Shown here piece by piece: positions 1 through 9,235 of a DNA stretch of 64,000 nucleotides. Both the position numbers and the translations under genes were made by a program. Under the pieces are notes generated by a model. That model ran no database searches. It saw only the letters and a program-made list of their open reading frames with translations, and was not told where the DNA came from. The number at the start of each line of letters is the position of its first letter. The stretch's first letter is position 1. The stretch is taken from the NCBI GenBank assembly GCA_028711115.1, contig JAQTSV010000001.1, forward strand, positions 902,032-966,031, in the 5' to 3' direction. The stretch comes from Candidatus Omnitrophota bacterium (GTDB lineage: Bacteria > Omnitrophota > Gorgyraeia > Velamenicoccales > JABMQK01).

Positions 1-162
1 TTGGCATATCGGCAGGCATCGCATATACCGCCTTCATCAATATGTAAAGTCCTATGGCTCCTGTCTATCGTATGTTCGAATTCTGGCGATGAACACGGCC
101 GCTGATTTGATATAACGCAGTTATTGCAAAATACAACTTTTTGTGATAAACCGAACTTTGTT

Positions 163-879
163 TCAAGTTTTTCTGACAAAGCTGTTACTCCTTTCTTTTA
201 AATTTTGCATAACCTTCTTTTTGAAATTACAGAATATCATTAATCCTGCAGAACCACTCTTCTCTGGATGAAACTGACATGCAAAAATGTTGTTATATTG
301 CAACCCTGAACAAAACTCAATATTGCCATATCTAGTTTGCGAAACACATACTGAAAAATCATCTGGAATAATATAAAATGAGTGCACAAAATACATATAT
401 TCGTAATCTTTTATTCCTTCCAATATGGTTCCTTTCCAGGGGTCTTGGGAAGTTTGGTTTTTAAACCGGTAAATATTGTTCCATTGTACCTGAGGAACCT
501 TAAGATTCCTTCCTGATTTATCCCTGAGTTTATCGAAAATAACCACTGAACCAGGAATAATATTCAGCCCTTTATGTTCACCGAATTCAAAACTCATAGA
601 CATAAGTAACTGCATACCTAAACAAATTCCCAGCAGAGGTTTTCCCGAATTAATAAAATCTATCAATACTGGAATCAAATCCATTTTTTGCAACATATAC
701 ATGGCGTCACCAAATGCCCCAACACCAGGCAGAATTAATGCATCGGATTCCAGAATCTCGCTTTTGTGCGATGTTACACCTGAATCCATTCCTGCAGCAG
801 CACAAGCCCGCTTGACGTTTAATATGTTGCCCATTCCATAATCAACAATGGAAATCTTAGGGGTTGTTTGGTTAACCAT
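163..879 (-). CDS. hisH: Class I glutamine amidotransferase, HisH-like subunit (paralog sitting in a sugar-biosynthesis cluster)
   Basis: ORF 163..897. GICLGMQLL (Cys nucleophile) and FHPEKS (His-Glu) motifs. I prefer the second Met (MVNQTTPKISIVDYGMGN, ATG at 879) because GAGG lies about 6-7 nt upstream and the overlap with the upstream stop shrinks to 8 nt. Confidence 0.8.
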   Translation of the reverse strand: MVNQTTPKISIVDYGMGNILNVKRACAAAGMDSGVTSHKSEILESDALILPGVGAFGDAMYMLQKMDLIPVLIDFINSGKPLLGICLGMQLLMSMSFEFGEHKGLNIIPGSVVIFDKLRDKSGRNLKVPQVQWNNIYRFKNQTSQDPWKGTILEGIKDYEYMYFVHSFYIIPDDFSVCVSQTRYGNIEFCSGLQYNNIFACQFHPEKSGSAGLMIFCNFKKKVMQNLKERSNSFVRKT

Positions 880-1747
880 TAAAAACCTCGCATCCAACCG
901 GAAAACGACACGCTACTCCATTATTGGTTAAAAATTCTTTTATATCCTGCAGATAAACCGGAGTAACCCTAGAGAAAGTTTGTTCACTTTTTAAATATTC
1001 TGTATTGCCTTCTTCTGAGAAATCACCCTCGAGAGAATGGTTTGCAATAACATCGTAATGTATCATCGAAGAGATAGCTACGGCATCGGCTTTACCATCA
1101 ACAATAATCTGTCTTATGTGTTCTAATCTTCCTCCTCCTCCGCAAGCAATAACAGGTATTGTAACAGACTCCGCTACCCGCTGTGTCAATTCAATATCAT
1201 AACCCAATCCGGTTCCTTCTTTGTCCACAGAAGTTAAAAGAATTTCTCCTGCCCCGAGTTCAAATACACGTTTGGCCCATTCAAATACATCCAGACCAGT
1301 ATGCTCTCTGCCATTATCGGTAAACGCAAGATATCGTCCATCAGGCTGTTTTATGGCTTCTATAGATACAACTATTGTTGACGAACCAAACTTCCTCGCG
1401 GCTTTTCTAATGAACTCTGGATTTTTTACCGCCGCAGTATTAATAGATACCTTATCTGCGCCGGCGCGTAAAACTGCATTTATATCGTTAATGGTACGTA
1501 AGCCTCCACCTACGGTTAAAGGTATGAAAACCTCTTTTGCTGTCTTTTCGATAATTGGCAAAAGACTGTTGCGGCCATACAGGCTTGCCACAACATCCAT
1601 ATAAATCAATTCATCAGCACCTGCCTGATAATAATATTTAGCAAATGACTCCGGTTTTCCCAAAACCCGCAATCCCTCCAGATGAATGCCTTTAACTAAA
1701 TTTGGTCCTTTAATATCTAAACGTGGTATTATGCGGATATTTTTCAT
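872..1747 (-). CDS. hisF: HisF-like cyclase subunit (imidazole glycerol phosphate synthase family, TIM barrel)
   Basis: N-terminus IIPRLDIKGPNLVKG, then GADELIYMDV, and GGG..., SINTAAV and ACGGGG phosphate-binding stretches typical of HisF. Overlaps the hisH-like gene. Confidence 0.8.
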   Translation of the reverse strand: MKNIRIIPRLDIKGPNLVKGIHLEGLRVLGKPESFAKYYYQAGADELIYMDVVASLYGRNSLLPIIEKTAKEVFIPLTVGGGLRTINDINAVLRAGADKVSINTAAVKNPEFIRKAARKFGSSTIVVSIEAIKQPDGRYLAFTDNGREHTGLDVFEWAKRVFELGAGEILLTSVDKEGTGLGYDIELTQRVAESVTIPVIACGGGGRLEHIRQIIVDGKADAVAISSMIHYDVIANHSLEGDFSEEGNTEYLKSEQTFSRVTPVYLQDIKEFLTNNGVACRFPVGCEVFNG

Positions 1748-1769
1748 AGCAATTAACCGGTTTAATTTT

Positions 1770-2564
1770 TTATACTACCGTTAATCCTCCATCAACCATT
1801 ATAGTAGCGCCAGTAATATACGAAGAAGCATCTGAGGTTAGAAATAACACTACCGAAGCAACTTCTTCCGGTTTGCACATTCTCCCCAGAGGCACTCTTT
1901 TATTATAATTGCGAACAAATCTTCCATTCTGCTTGTTGAATATACCTCCCGGGCAGACTGTGTTTATTCGGATGCCATATTTACCGAAATAAGCTGCCAT
2001 ATACCTAGCAAGATTGACTATACCGCCTTTAATAGCAGCATAAGCCATCGGGCTAGTCATGGGCGTCCCCTCATATAAGTTAAAATCACTACCCTGAACC
2101 CCATATATAGAACCGAGGTTTACAATTGTACCCTTTGTTTTATTCTTCTTCATGATTAAAGCTGCATATCTGCTTGTCCAAGAATAAGAATTAAGATGCA
2201 TATCAACATTTTTACGCCAAGAGGAAAGCCTAACCTTTTCTATTGAATTACCCCAGTCGTTTGTCTTGGGGTAGGCGGCATTAATCCAGGCATCCATAGT
2301 TTTATATTTCTTGAGCAACTTATCCATATTTTTCTCTAAAGATTCTAATTTAGATATATCAAAATATTCATAAGATGCCTTGTGGCCAGATTTAAGTATT
2401 TGGTTCTGCAGAGATAATCCCTTCTTGCTATTAGTGTCTAATATAACTGTATCCGCACCAGCACAAGATAAGGCTATGGAAATTTCACTTCCAATAAGGC
2501 CTGCGCCTCCGGTTACAAATACGACTTTATTTTTTAAAATAAATTTCTGTAAATAATTAATCAT
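1770..2564 (-). CDS. Short-chain dehydrogenase/reductase (SDR) associated with the nonulosonic acid cluster
   Basis: TGGAGLIGS Rossmann motif, YAAIK (YxxxK) catalytic motif, 264 aa. 4-nt overlap with the upstream cytidylyltransferase gene. Confidence 0.75.
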   Translation of the reverse strand: MINYLQKFILKNKVVFVTGGAGLIGSEISIALSCAGADTVILDTNSKKGLSLQNQILKSGHKASYEYFDISKLESLEKNMDKLLKKYKTMDAWINAAYPKTNDWGNSIEKVRLSSWRKNVDMHLNSYSWTSRYAALIMKKNKTKGTIVNLGSIYGVQGSDFNLYEGTPMTSPMAYAAIKGGIVNLARYMAAYFGKYGIRINTVCPGGIFNKQNGRFVRNYNKRVPLGRMCKPEEVASVVLFLTSDASSYITGATIMVDGGLTVV

Positions 2565-3268
2565 AATTTAACCACTCCTTCTTTAACTAAAAATTCGATA
2601 AATTTAAAATCTAGCTCGCTATCTATATCTACCCCTGACAAGGATGGCATTTCGTAAATAAGAAATTTCTTAGAATATGGCATTCTGTTTTTTTCTTCAA
2701 GCAAGAATTCCCTTTTGTAAATATATATAGAACTATTCATATCATATACCAAAGGGGCATCCTGCCTTCTTAATATTATTTTAGGTCTTTGTTTGCATAG
2801 CTTGACGCCTTCCTTATCTTTCTCTATCATATTAAAATATGGATTTCTACGGCTCTTTACTACTGAAAAAACACAGTCTACGTTATTTTTAATAAATAAA
2901 TTTACAACACCTTCTATGTCATTGACAGTCCTAATGGGAGAAGTTGCGTCTATATCCAATAAGGCATCAAATCGTATTTTATAAAATTTTTCTGATTCTT
3001 TTAAGGCATGCCTTAAAGCCTCCAGTTTTCCGGTCTTATCGCCTGCCAATCTTTTAGGCCTGACAAAAGGCACTTCTGCACCATAAAACAGTGCTATATC
3101 TATAATTTTCTTGGAATCAGTTGAAACAATGAACTTTTCATATTTGCCCCATTTAATCATTTGTTCAATTGTATATGCAATCAACGGCTTTCCTAAAAGA
3201 TTACGGATATTTTTATTTTTTACTGACTTAGAACCGCCCCTGGCGGCAATGGTTCCTAGTATTTTCAT
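2561..3268 (-). CDS. Acylneuraminate cytidylyltransferase family (CMP-nonulosonic acid synthetase; NeuA/LegF-like)
   Basis: N-terminus [32 protein letters not shown] is the typical CTP_transf_3 start. 235 aa. Sits in a NeuB/NeuC context. Confidence 0.8.
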   Translation of the reverse strand: MKILGTIAARGGSKSVKNKNIRNLLGKPLIAYTIEQMIKWGKYEKFIVSTDSKKIIDIALFYGAEVPFVRPKRLAGDKTGKLEALRHALKESEKFYKIRFDALLDIDATSPIRTVNDIEGVVNLFIKNNVDCVFSVVKSRRNPYFNMIEKDKEGVKLCKQRPKIILRRQDAPLVYDMNSSIYIYKREFLLEEKNRMPYSKKFLIYEMPSLSGVDIDSELDFKFIEFLVKEGVVKL

Positions 3269-3286
3269 TTATTACCTTTCTTTTAA

Positions 3287-4342
3287 TCAAAAACCTAGAT
3301 TTTTAACTGCCCGATGATACTCTTCCCATTGACCAACATCTATCCATGAGTTTTCGTTAATAGGAAATACGCCAATCTTTTTATTTTTTTCTTTTAGTTT
3401 TTTAACCAAGTCTGTAATATGAAACTCTTGATTGTCTGGTATTAAATTAAGCGCTTTCTTTCTTAAAATATAAAAACCAGTATTAACCAAGAAATCATAT
3501 TCTGGTTTTTCGTGCATAGCTGTCAAAAAACCACCATTTTCTATCTTGCATATACCATACGGTATCGTATAGTGCTTCATTGAGGCAACGATTGTCATAT
3601 CATTTTTATTTTTTTCATGGAGTTCTAATACTTCTGTATAATCAGAATTAATAATGACATCACAATTGGTTACAAACAAAGAATCTTTTATTTCTTTACG
3701 TAAAAAACTAAGGCTGCCAATTGTACCCATAGGTTGTTTTTCTTCGATATAGCAAATAGTGTAACTGGTATTCATCTCTTCAAAATAAGATTTAATCATT
3801 CTTGATTTATGGTTGATGGTTATATAGAATTTCTTAATTCCATACTGAGAAAATTTATCCATAATAATATCTAATATTGTTTTCTCTCCAATAGGTATTA
3901 GTGGCTTCGGCAATATTTTTGTAAAAGGGTCAAGTCTTGTGCCTTTACCGCCAGCCATAATCACGACCGGGATGGATAGCTTTTCCCTGGAAGACAATAT
4001 TCTTTTACCAAAAGTAGCATCCCACAATAAAACATCTACCACTTCCTTGTTTTTATTTACCACGGGTATCCATTCAATTTTATTTCTTAGCATTAGCTTC
4101 TTTACTTCTTCAACAGAATAATTTTCTGATACTAAAATAGGATTTTTATTATAGATTTTACTGATTCCCCCGGATAAATTCCCTCCTGCTAAAATCCACC
4201 TGCGAATATCTCCGTCGGTAAGAGAGCCTATAAGTTTATTCTTACTATCTACTGCAAAGAGGACTTTTTCCCCGACATCCCCCATACGTTTCATTGCTTC
4301 TTTTACGGAAATATTTTTTGTAATCAATAGTGTTTTTTTCAT
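3287..4342 (-). CDS. CBS-domain plus sugar-phosphate nucleotidyltransferase (PtmE-like hexosamine-1-phosphate guanylyltransferase)
   Basis: N-terminal CBS pair (LTDGDIRRW, IEWIPVV) followed by [26 protein letters not shown], the nucleotidyltransferase G-loop. Same architecture as the Campylobacter legionaminic acid enzyme PtmE. Confidence 0.7.
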   Translation of the reverse strand: MKKTLLITKNISVKEAMKRMGDVGEKVLFAVDSKNKLIGSLTDGDIRRWILAGGNLSGGISKIYNKNPILVSENYSVEEVKKLMLRNKIEWIPVVNKNKEVVDVLLWDATFGKRILSSREKLSIPVVIMAGGKGTRLDPFTKILPKPLIPIGEKTILDIIMDKFSQYGIKKFYITINHKSRMIKSYFEEMNTSYTICYIEEKQPMGTIGSLSFLRKEIKDSLFVTNCDVIINSDYTEVLELHEKNKNDMTIVASMKHYTIPYGICKIENGGFLTAMHEKPEYDFLVNTGFYILRKKALNLIPDNQEFHITDLVKKLKEKNKKIGVFPINENSWIDVGQWEEYHRAVKNLGF

Positions 4343-4363
4343 TTCTATCTCCTAGGGAAATTA

Positions 4364-5398
4364 TTATTTAAAATCATCCCAAGTGAATACCTCATCTTTA
4401 TTTTTATCCCTTATTAATTCTAAGCCGATTATCTTATTGTAATCCTTTGGAGAAGTACCGTATCCCGGCCTTTTTATCTCAATCATTTCTCGACAAATCT
4501 TCTCGCCTGCCTTCAAGTCTCTTGCTACAATTAAACTTTTACGAACCACTTTTATATTTTCCATTTCGCAATGCTGCGGTTTCTTTATACCATCTCCTAA
4601 GCCAATCTCTATATTGCGTATTGCCTTTACAAGCCGACCTAATTCTTCTGGCTCTGAAGACGCTTTATGATCAGGGCCAGGCATATTTTTATCAAGCGTA
4701 AAATGTTTTTCTATTATTGTGGCCCCTAACGCAACTGCCGCGACTGAAGCCTCTACTCCTATAGTATGGTCAGAATAACCCACGGGAAGGCAAAATTCTT
4801 TTTTAAGTGTCTGAATCGCCAAAAGATTCGCCTCTTTATAAGGACAAGGATAACTTGTTGTACAATGCATTAACGTCAAAGGTTTAAACATGGTGGTTTT
4901 CTTCAAACACCCTTGATTATCAATAATAATTTTAACCGCTTCTTTTACTTCTTTTAAGGTAGCCATTCCTGTTGAAAGCAATACAGGTTTGTTTCTTTGA
5001 GCAATATATTTAAGAAAAGGCAAATTATTTAAATCTCCGGAGCCAATTTTATAGGCAGGGACAATTTTTTCCAAGAAATCAACGCTTTCATAGTCAAAAG
5101 GCGTTGATAAAAATAATATACCTTTACGGTCGCAATATTGTTTCAGGGATATGAAAGATTCATAAGATAACTGGAGCCTCCTTAACATTTCCAACTGTCC
5201 TTCTTTAACTCGGGAAGAAGATAATTGGTATCTTGCTTTCTTTGTTAATCTGGAGGCTAAGTTTCCCGCTTTAAAAGTCTGAAATTTAATAGCATCAGCA
5301 CCTGCTTTATAGGCAGCATCTATTAATTCTAAAGCACAGGATTTCTTTCCATTATGATTTACGCCTGCTTCTGCAATTATAAATATTTTTTTATCCAT
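4364..5398 (-). CDS. neuB: N-acetylneuraminate synthase family (NeuB/LegI-type nonulosonic acid synthase) with C-terminal SAF domain
   Basis: IIAEAGVNHNG...AGADAIKFQTF, GYSDHT and EKHFTLD motifs. The C-terminal VVRKSLIVARDLKAGE stretch looks like a SAF domain. Confidence 0.85.
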   Translation of the reverse strand: MDKKIFIIAEAGVNHNGKKSCALELIDAAYKAGADAIKFQTFKAGNLASRLTKKARYQLSSSRVKEGQLEMLRRLQLSYESFISLKQYCDRKGILFLSTPFDYESVDFLEKIVPAYKIGSGDLNNLPFLKYIAQRNKPVLLSTGMATLKEVKEAVKIIIDNQGCLKKTTMFKPLTLMHCTTSYPCPYKEANLLAIQTLKKEFCLPVGYSDHTIGVEASVAAVALGATIIEKHFTLDKNMPGPDHKASSEPEELGRLVKAIRNIEIGLGDGIKKPQHCEMENIKVVRKSLIVARDLKAGEKICREMIEIKRPGYGTSPKDYNKIIGLELIRDKNKDEVFTWDDFK

Positions 5399-6872
5399 TA
5401 TTCTTGACGGCTACAAACGGAACTCCATATCCAACTATATTATCTTGGATATCATGTGTTACTACGCTTCCAGAACCAATTAAACAATGTTTTCCTATTT
5501 TTAAATATTGGTTAATCACTGCCCCTGCCCCGATATGGCTATAATCACCGATCTTTACTCCCCCACACAACACTGCCCCGGGGGCGATATGTACAAAATC
5601 CCCTATTTCACAATCATGATCGACAGACGAAGATGTATTTATGATGGCGTTTTTACCAATTCTTACGCCCGGATTAATTTTAACTCCTGCTGCGATAAAA
5701 GTACCCTCGCCTATCTTACAATCAGAAGCAATTACAGAAGAAGGATGAATTACCGTTGCTAAATTAAATCCTATCTTCTTTATATATTCATAAATTCTTA
5801 TTCTCGTAGAACAATCTCCGATCGAACCCACAGATATAAACGCGATTCTTAAGTTGTTTTTATATAAAGATACTAACTTTTCATCGCTTCCAATCATATC
5901 AACATTATTTTTTTCTTCACCGTATTTAAATTTTGGGTCAAATATTGCCCCTATTTGAAATTCACCAGACTTATGAATGGCATCAATAATCACATTGCAA
6001 TGCCCACCACCACCTATTAAAACTATTTTCTCTATATGTTTAGCAGGGATGTATTTTTCACTTATTTTAAATGGTTTTAATAAATTATCCTCTCTTATTT
6101 GTTCCGATATCCTCTCATTTATGACAGTAAATTCTTTTCCTTTGATTTCAATAGAAGCGCCATCGTAAGGCGGAAACCAAAAGGCCCTAATTTTCCTTTC
6201 TATTGCTTCAATATCGTCAGAAGGATAGATTTTGCGTAAATTCTCGAAATCTTGTTTAGATATATAACGGCCATCACCTTGAGGACAGCTCGGTAGCGAC
6301 CTCTTGCTATACGCTAAATCAATTACCTCTTTGAACAAATCGAGCATTACCCCTAAGCTCTTTTGTTCTAAAGAATATGCTGTCTCAATATCAGAGTTAA
6401 TATCAAATCGCTTAATTTTAATAATTTCACCTGTGTCAAAAGTTTCATCCATAACAAAATGCGCTGCCACGCCCCACGAGGATAACTGTTCAAAAATAGC
6501 GAAATTATATCCTCCCACCCCCCTGAAATCAGGCAGTGGTGCCGGATGAAAGTTAATACATCCTATCTTTGGTAAATCAATTAATGGCTTTTTAAGCCTC
6601 TTCCAAAAAAGAAAAGAAATAACCAAATCAATATTTTTCAGTGAATAACTTGAATCTAGAGCTTTTGTTTTATTTTTAAGGCGATCATACAACTCATCAT
6701 CTGTAACTACGGGTATCCCAAGTTTGCATGCCACATCAATGAGGCGTGTTTCTTGGGGAGCGGCTTCTTGCGTAGGTGCAACTACAGCCACAACCTCTAT
6801 GCCTTTGCTAAGGAGATATTTCAAGCCCTCCACAACAGCAGGTTTATCTTTCCCCATATAAATTACTCTCAT
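5391..6872 (-). CDS. Fusion protein: N-terminal formyltransferase domain plus C-terminal left-handed beta-helix sugar N-acyltransferase (PglD/NeuD/LegH-like)
   Basis: Residues about 1-270 carry INFHPAPLPDFRG (Asn/His) and DETFDTGEII (Asp), the formyltransferase catalytic motifs. Residues about 283-493 begin IVLIGGGGHCNVIIDAI (NeuD/PglD Rossmann-like N-domain), followed by hexapeptide repeats (IGEGTFI, IGKNAII, IGDFVHI, IGDYSHI, IGKHCLI). Confidence 0.75.
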   Translation of the reverse strand: MRVIYMGKDKPAVVEGLKYLLSKGIEVVAVVAPTQEAAPQETRLIDVACKLGIPVVTDDELYDRLKNKTKALDSSYSLKNIDLVISFLFWKRLKKPLIDLPKIGCINFHPAPLPDFRGVGGYNFAIFEQLSSWGVAAHFVMDETFDTGEIIKIKRFDINSDIETAYSLEQKSLGVMLDLFKEVIDLAYSKRSLPSCPQGDGRYISKQDFENLRKIYPSDDIEAIERKIRAFWFPPYDGASIEIKGKEFTVINERISEQIREDNLLKPFKISEKYIPAKHIEKIVLIGGGGHCNVIIDAIHKSGEFQIGAIFDPKFKYGEEKNNVDMIGSDEKLVSLYKNNLRIAFISVGSIGDCSTRIRIYEYIKKIGFNLATVIHPSSVIASDCKIGEGTFIAAGVKINPGVRIGKNAIINTSSSVDHDCEIGDFVHIAPGAVLCGGVKIGDYSHIGAGAVINQYLKIGKHCLIGSGSVVTHDIQDNIVGYGVPFVAVKNNG

Positions 6873-6891
6873 TTTAGATACTTCCCCCTTT

Positions 6892-8064
6892 TTATTTACC
6901 GGTATAAAAAGTTTTTGCTAATAATCCTTTGCCTATCTTTATATTTTTCAATGTTTCTTTAATCCTTGAGGAAGTCCGGCCATCGCCAAAGGGATTTTTC
7001 AGATTAATCAGCCTCTTCTTAAATTCTTTGCTTAAAGCTATTCTGGCTGCTTTAACTATAGACTCAGTAATGCACACGCAATCAATTACATTTGCGGCCT
7101 TATATCTTGCCTCCTGTCTTCTTCCGATATTAACTACCGGCAATTTAAAAGAAGGCGCCTCGTGAATGCCGCTGGAAGAATTACCTATCATAATATCAGC
7201 GCATTTCAATAAAGATAAATATCTCCTCTGACCCAAAGAATTGAATATCCTTACTTTAGCTTGATTCTTTTTTGCATACTGCAATATTTGTTTATAAATA
7301 ATGCTCGAGCCTATATCGGCTCCGGGAAAAGTAAATACTGTTCTTAAGCCTAAAATATCAAGGGCTTCTAATAAATTTCTTATTTGGCCAAGAGGTTCGG
7401 CATTGCCTAATGTCTCGGGATGGTATGTTACTACTGCAATCGGATTATCTAGCAAAAAATTAAGTTCTTTTTCCAGTTGATGTTTAGATAATAATTCGCA
7501 TTTTTTAATGCCATCTACGGCCGGAGAGCCAAAAACAAAAACCCTGTCAGGGGATTCGCCCATACGTATTATTCTCTGGGCATATTTAGCCACGGAAGGA
7601 AAATGAATATAAGACATCTTTGTAATGGCGTGGCGGAATCCTTCATCGAGGCAACCAGCAGTAATTTCTCCACCGTGAATATGCGCTATAGGTATCCTGG
7701 CTACATACGCTGCTACTGCTGCTGCAAAAATTTCATACCTGTCACCAAGAAGCACTACCATATCCGGTTTTAATTTTCTGTAGGCCTTTACAAATCCTAA
7801 AACACCCTTGGATATAGCTTTAGCAATACCTAATTCAGTATCAGCATATTTTGAAGAAAGCACAGGAATTTTAGCATTGACATTAAAACCATCTTCTTTT
7901 ATTTGTTTATAAGTTAAACCATATTCGACAGATAAATGGGCGCCGGTTACCGCCAATTGTAGTTTTAATCCTCCATCTCCGCAGATTTCTTTCAATAGCC
8001 AGAATAAAATGCCATATTCAGCCCGGGAACCAGTAACTACGCAAATTTTCCGTTTCTTAGTCAT
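6892..8064 (-). CDS. neuC: Hydrolysing NDP-sugar 2-epimerase (NeuC/LegG family)
   Basis: KICVVTGSRAEYG start, HIHGGE and HPET motifs. 390 aa. Adjacent to the NeuB-like gene. Confidence 0.8.
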   Translation of the reverse strand: MTKKRKICVVTGSRAEYGILFWLLKEICGDGGLKLQLAVTGAHLSVEYGLTYKQIKEDGFNVNAKIPVLSSKYADTELGIAKAISKGVLGFVKAYRKLKPDMVVLLGDRYEIFAAAVAAYVARIPIAHIHGGEITAGCLDEGFRHAITKMSYIHFPSVAKYAQRIIRMGESPDRVFVFGSPAVDGIKKCELLSKHQLEKELNFLLDNPIAVVTYHPETLGNAEPLGQIRNLLEALDILGLRTVFTFPGADIGSSIIYKQILQYAKKNQAKVRIFNSLGQRRYLSLLKCADIMIGNSSSGIHEAPSFKLPVVNIGRRQEARYKAANVIDCVCITESIVKAARIALSKEFKKRLINLKNPFGDGRTSSRIKETLKNIKIGKGLLAKTFYTGK

Positions 8065-9235
8065 TTTTGAGTGCTTTTACTACTTTTTTAATTTCATTTT
8101 CCGTAATCCCTATGCTGCATGGAATATTCAAAATCCTCTCAGAAAAATAATAAGCCTTCTCAATCTTATAATTCTCGTAGTCTTTATACGGTTTCTGCAA
8201 ATGATTTAAATGCCACAAAAACCTGCTTTGTATTCCTTTTCTTTTTAACCGCTCATGTAACTGATCCCTATTCATACCATAAATCTTTTCTTCTACTATC
8301 AGAGAGTAGAACCAGAAATTTGAAAAACCGTAATCTGGCTCACCTATCAGTTTAAGCCCTTCAATTTCGTCGATATATTTTTTATAAGCGAGATAATTTC
8401 TCCTTTTGATTCCTATAAATTTATCCAGCTGTTCAAGTTGGGCACAACCTAAGGCAGCACTCAAATTAGTCATTCTATAATTATACCCGATTTCATTATG
8501 AATATATCTTAAGTTGTCGTCCTTTGCCTGGGTGGTAAGATATTTTGCTTGTTTAGCATAATAAGAATTATTGGTAAGCACCATACCGCCTGCGCCTGAG
8601 GTAATAATCTTATTCCCATTGAAGGAATAGCACCCTACATCTCCTATGGTGCCGGTCTTTTTGCCTTTTAATCTTCCCTTGGTATAAAATGACCCGATAG
8701 ATTCAGCTGCATCTTCAATTATTTTTAAATTATACTTTTTAGCAACATCGTCCAAGGATTCTAAATCTACAGGATTACCGAATACATGTACTGCGATAAC
8801 AGCTTTAATGTGTGAACCAGTTTTTTTGTTGATTAATTTTCCATTCATAAACTTGCATTCATATTTGCAGAATTCCCTGACTTTATTTACATCCATATTA
8901 AGAAAACCATCGCAATCCATAAATATGGGATCTGCCCCTACATACTTTGCGGCATTTACAGGGGCAATAAATGTAATTGTGGGGACTATTACGCTATCGC
9001 CTTTGGTTACTCCCGCTAAAATCAAAGCAATATGTAAAGCAGCTGTGCCGTTTACACAGCTAATTGCATATTTTGTTCCTGCATAATCAGCCACTTTATT
9101 CTCAAACATATCTACAAAACTACCAGCAGAAGAAATCCATTCCTTTTCTATGCATTCCTTAACATACTTCAGTTCTTTACCCCGCAAAAAAGGCACAGAC
9201 AGACTAATGTTATATTTAATAGCAGTATTAAACAT
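8057..9235 (-). CDS. DegT/DnrJ/EryC1/StrS family PLP aminotransferase (LegC/PglE-like)
   Basis: ORF runs to 9289, but I prefer the internal Met (MFNTAIKYNISLSVPFLRGKELKYV). It gives the usual family N-terminus and reduces the overlap with the upstream gene to 8 nt. YSFNGNKIITSGAGGMV carries the PLP lysine region. Confidence 0.8.
   Translation of the reverse strand: MFNTAIKYNISLSVPFLRGKELKYVKECIEKEWISSAGSFVDMFENKVADYAGTKYAISCVNGTAALHIALILAGVTKGDSVIVPTITFIAPVNAAKYVGADPIFMDCDGFLNMDVNKVREFCKYECKFMNGKLINKKTGSHIKAVIAVHVFGNPVDLESLDDVAKKYNLKIIEDAAESIGSFYTKGRLKGKKTGTIGDVGCYSFNGNKIITSGAGGMVLTNNSYYAKQAKYLTTQAKDDNLRYIHNEIGYNYRMTNLSAALGCAQLEQLDKFIGIKRRNYLAYKKYIDEIEGLKLIGEPDYGFSNFWFYSLIVEEKIYGMNRDQLHERLKRKGIQSRFLWHLNHLQKPYKDYENYKIEKAYYFSERILNIPCSIGITENEIKKVVKALKND

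Noticed and set aside
1-162. Possible start of another minus-strand gene at the window edge (ATG at 37, translating MKAVYAMPADMP...), perhaps the missing WbpG/PseA-type amidotransferase.
   Set aside because: Only 12 codons are visible, the RBS is poor, and the sequence does not resemble the Cys-rich N-terminus I would expect. It is too short to call.
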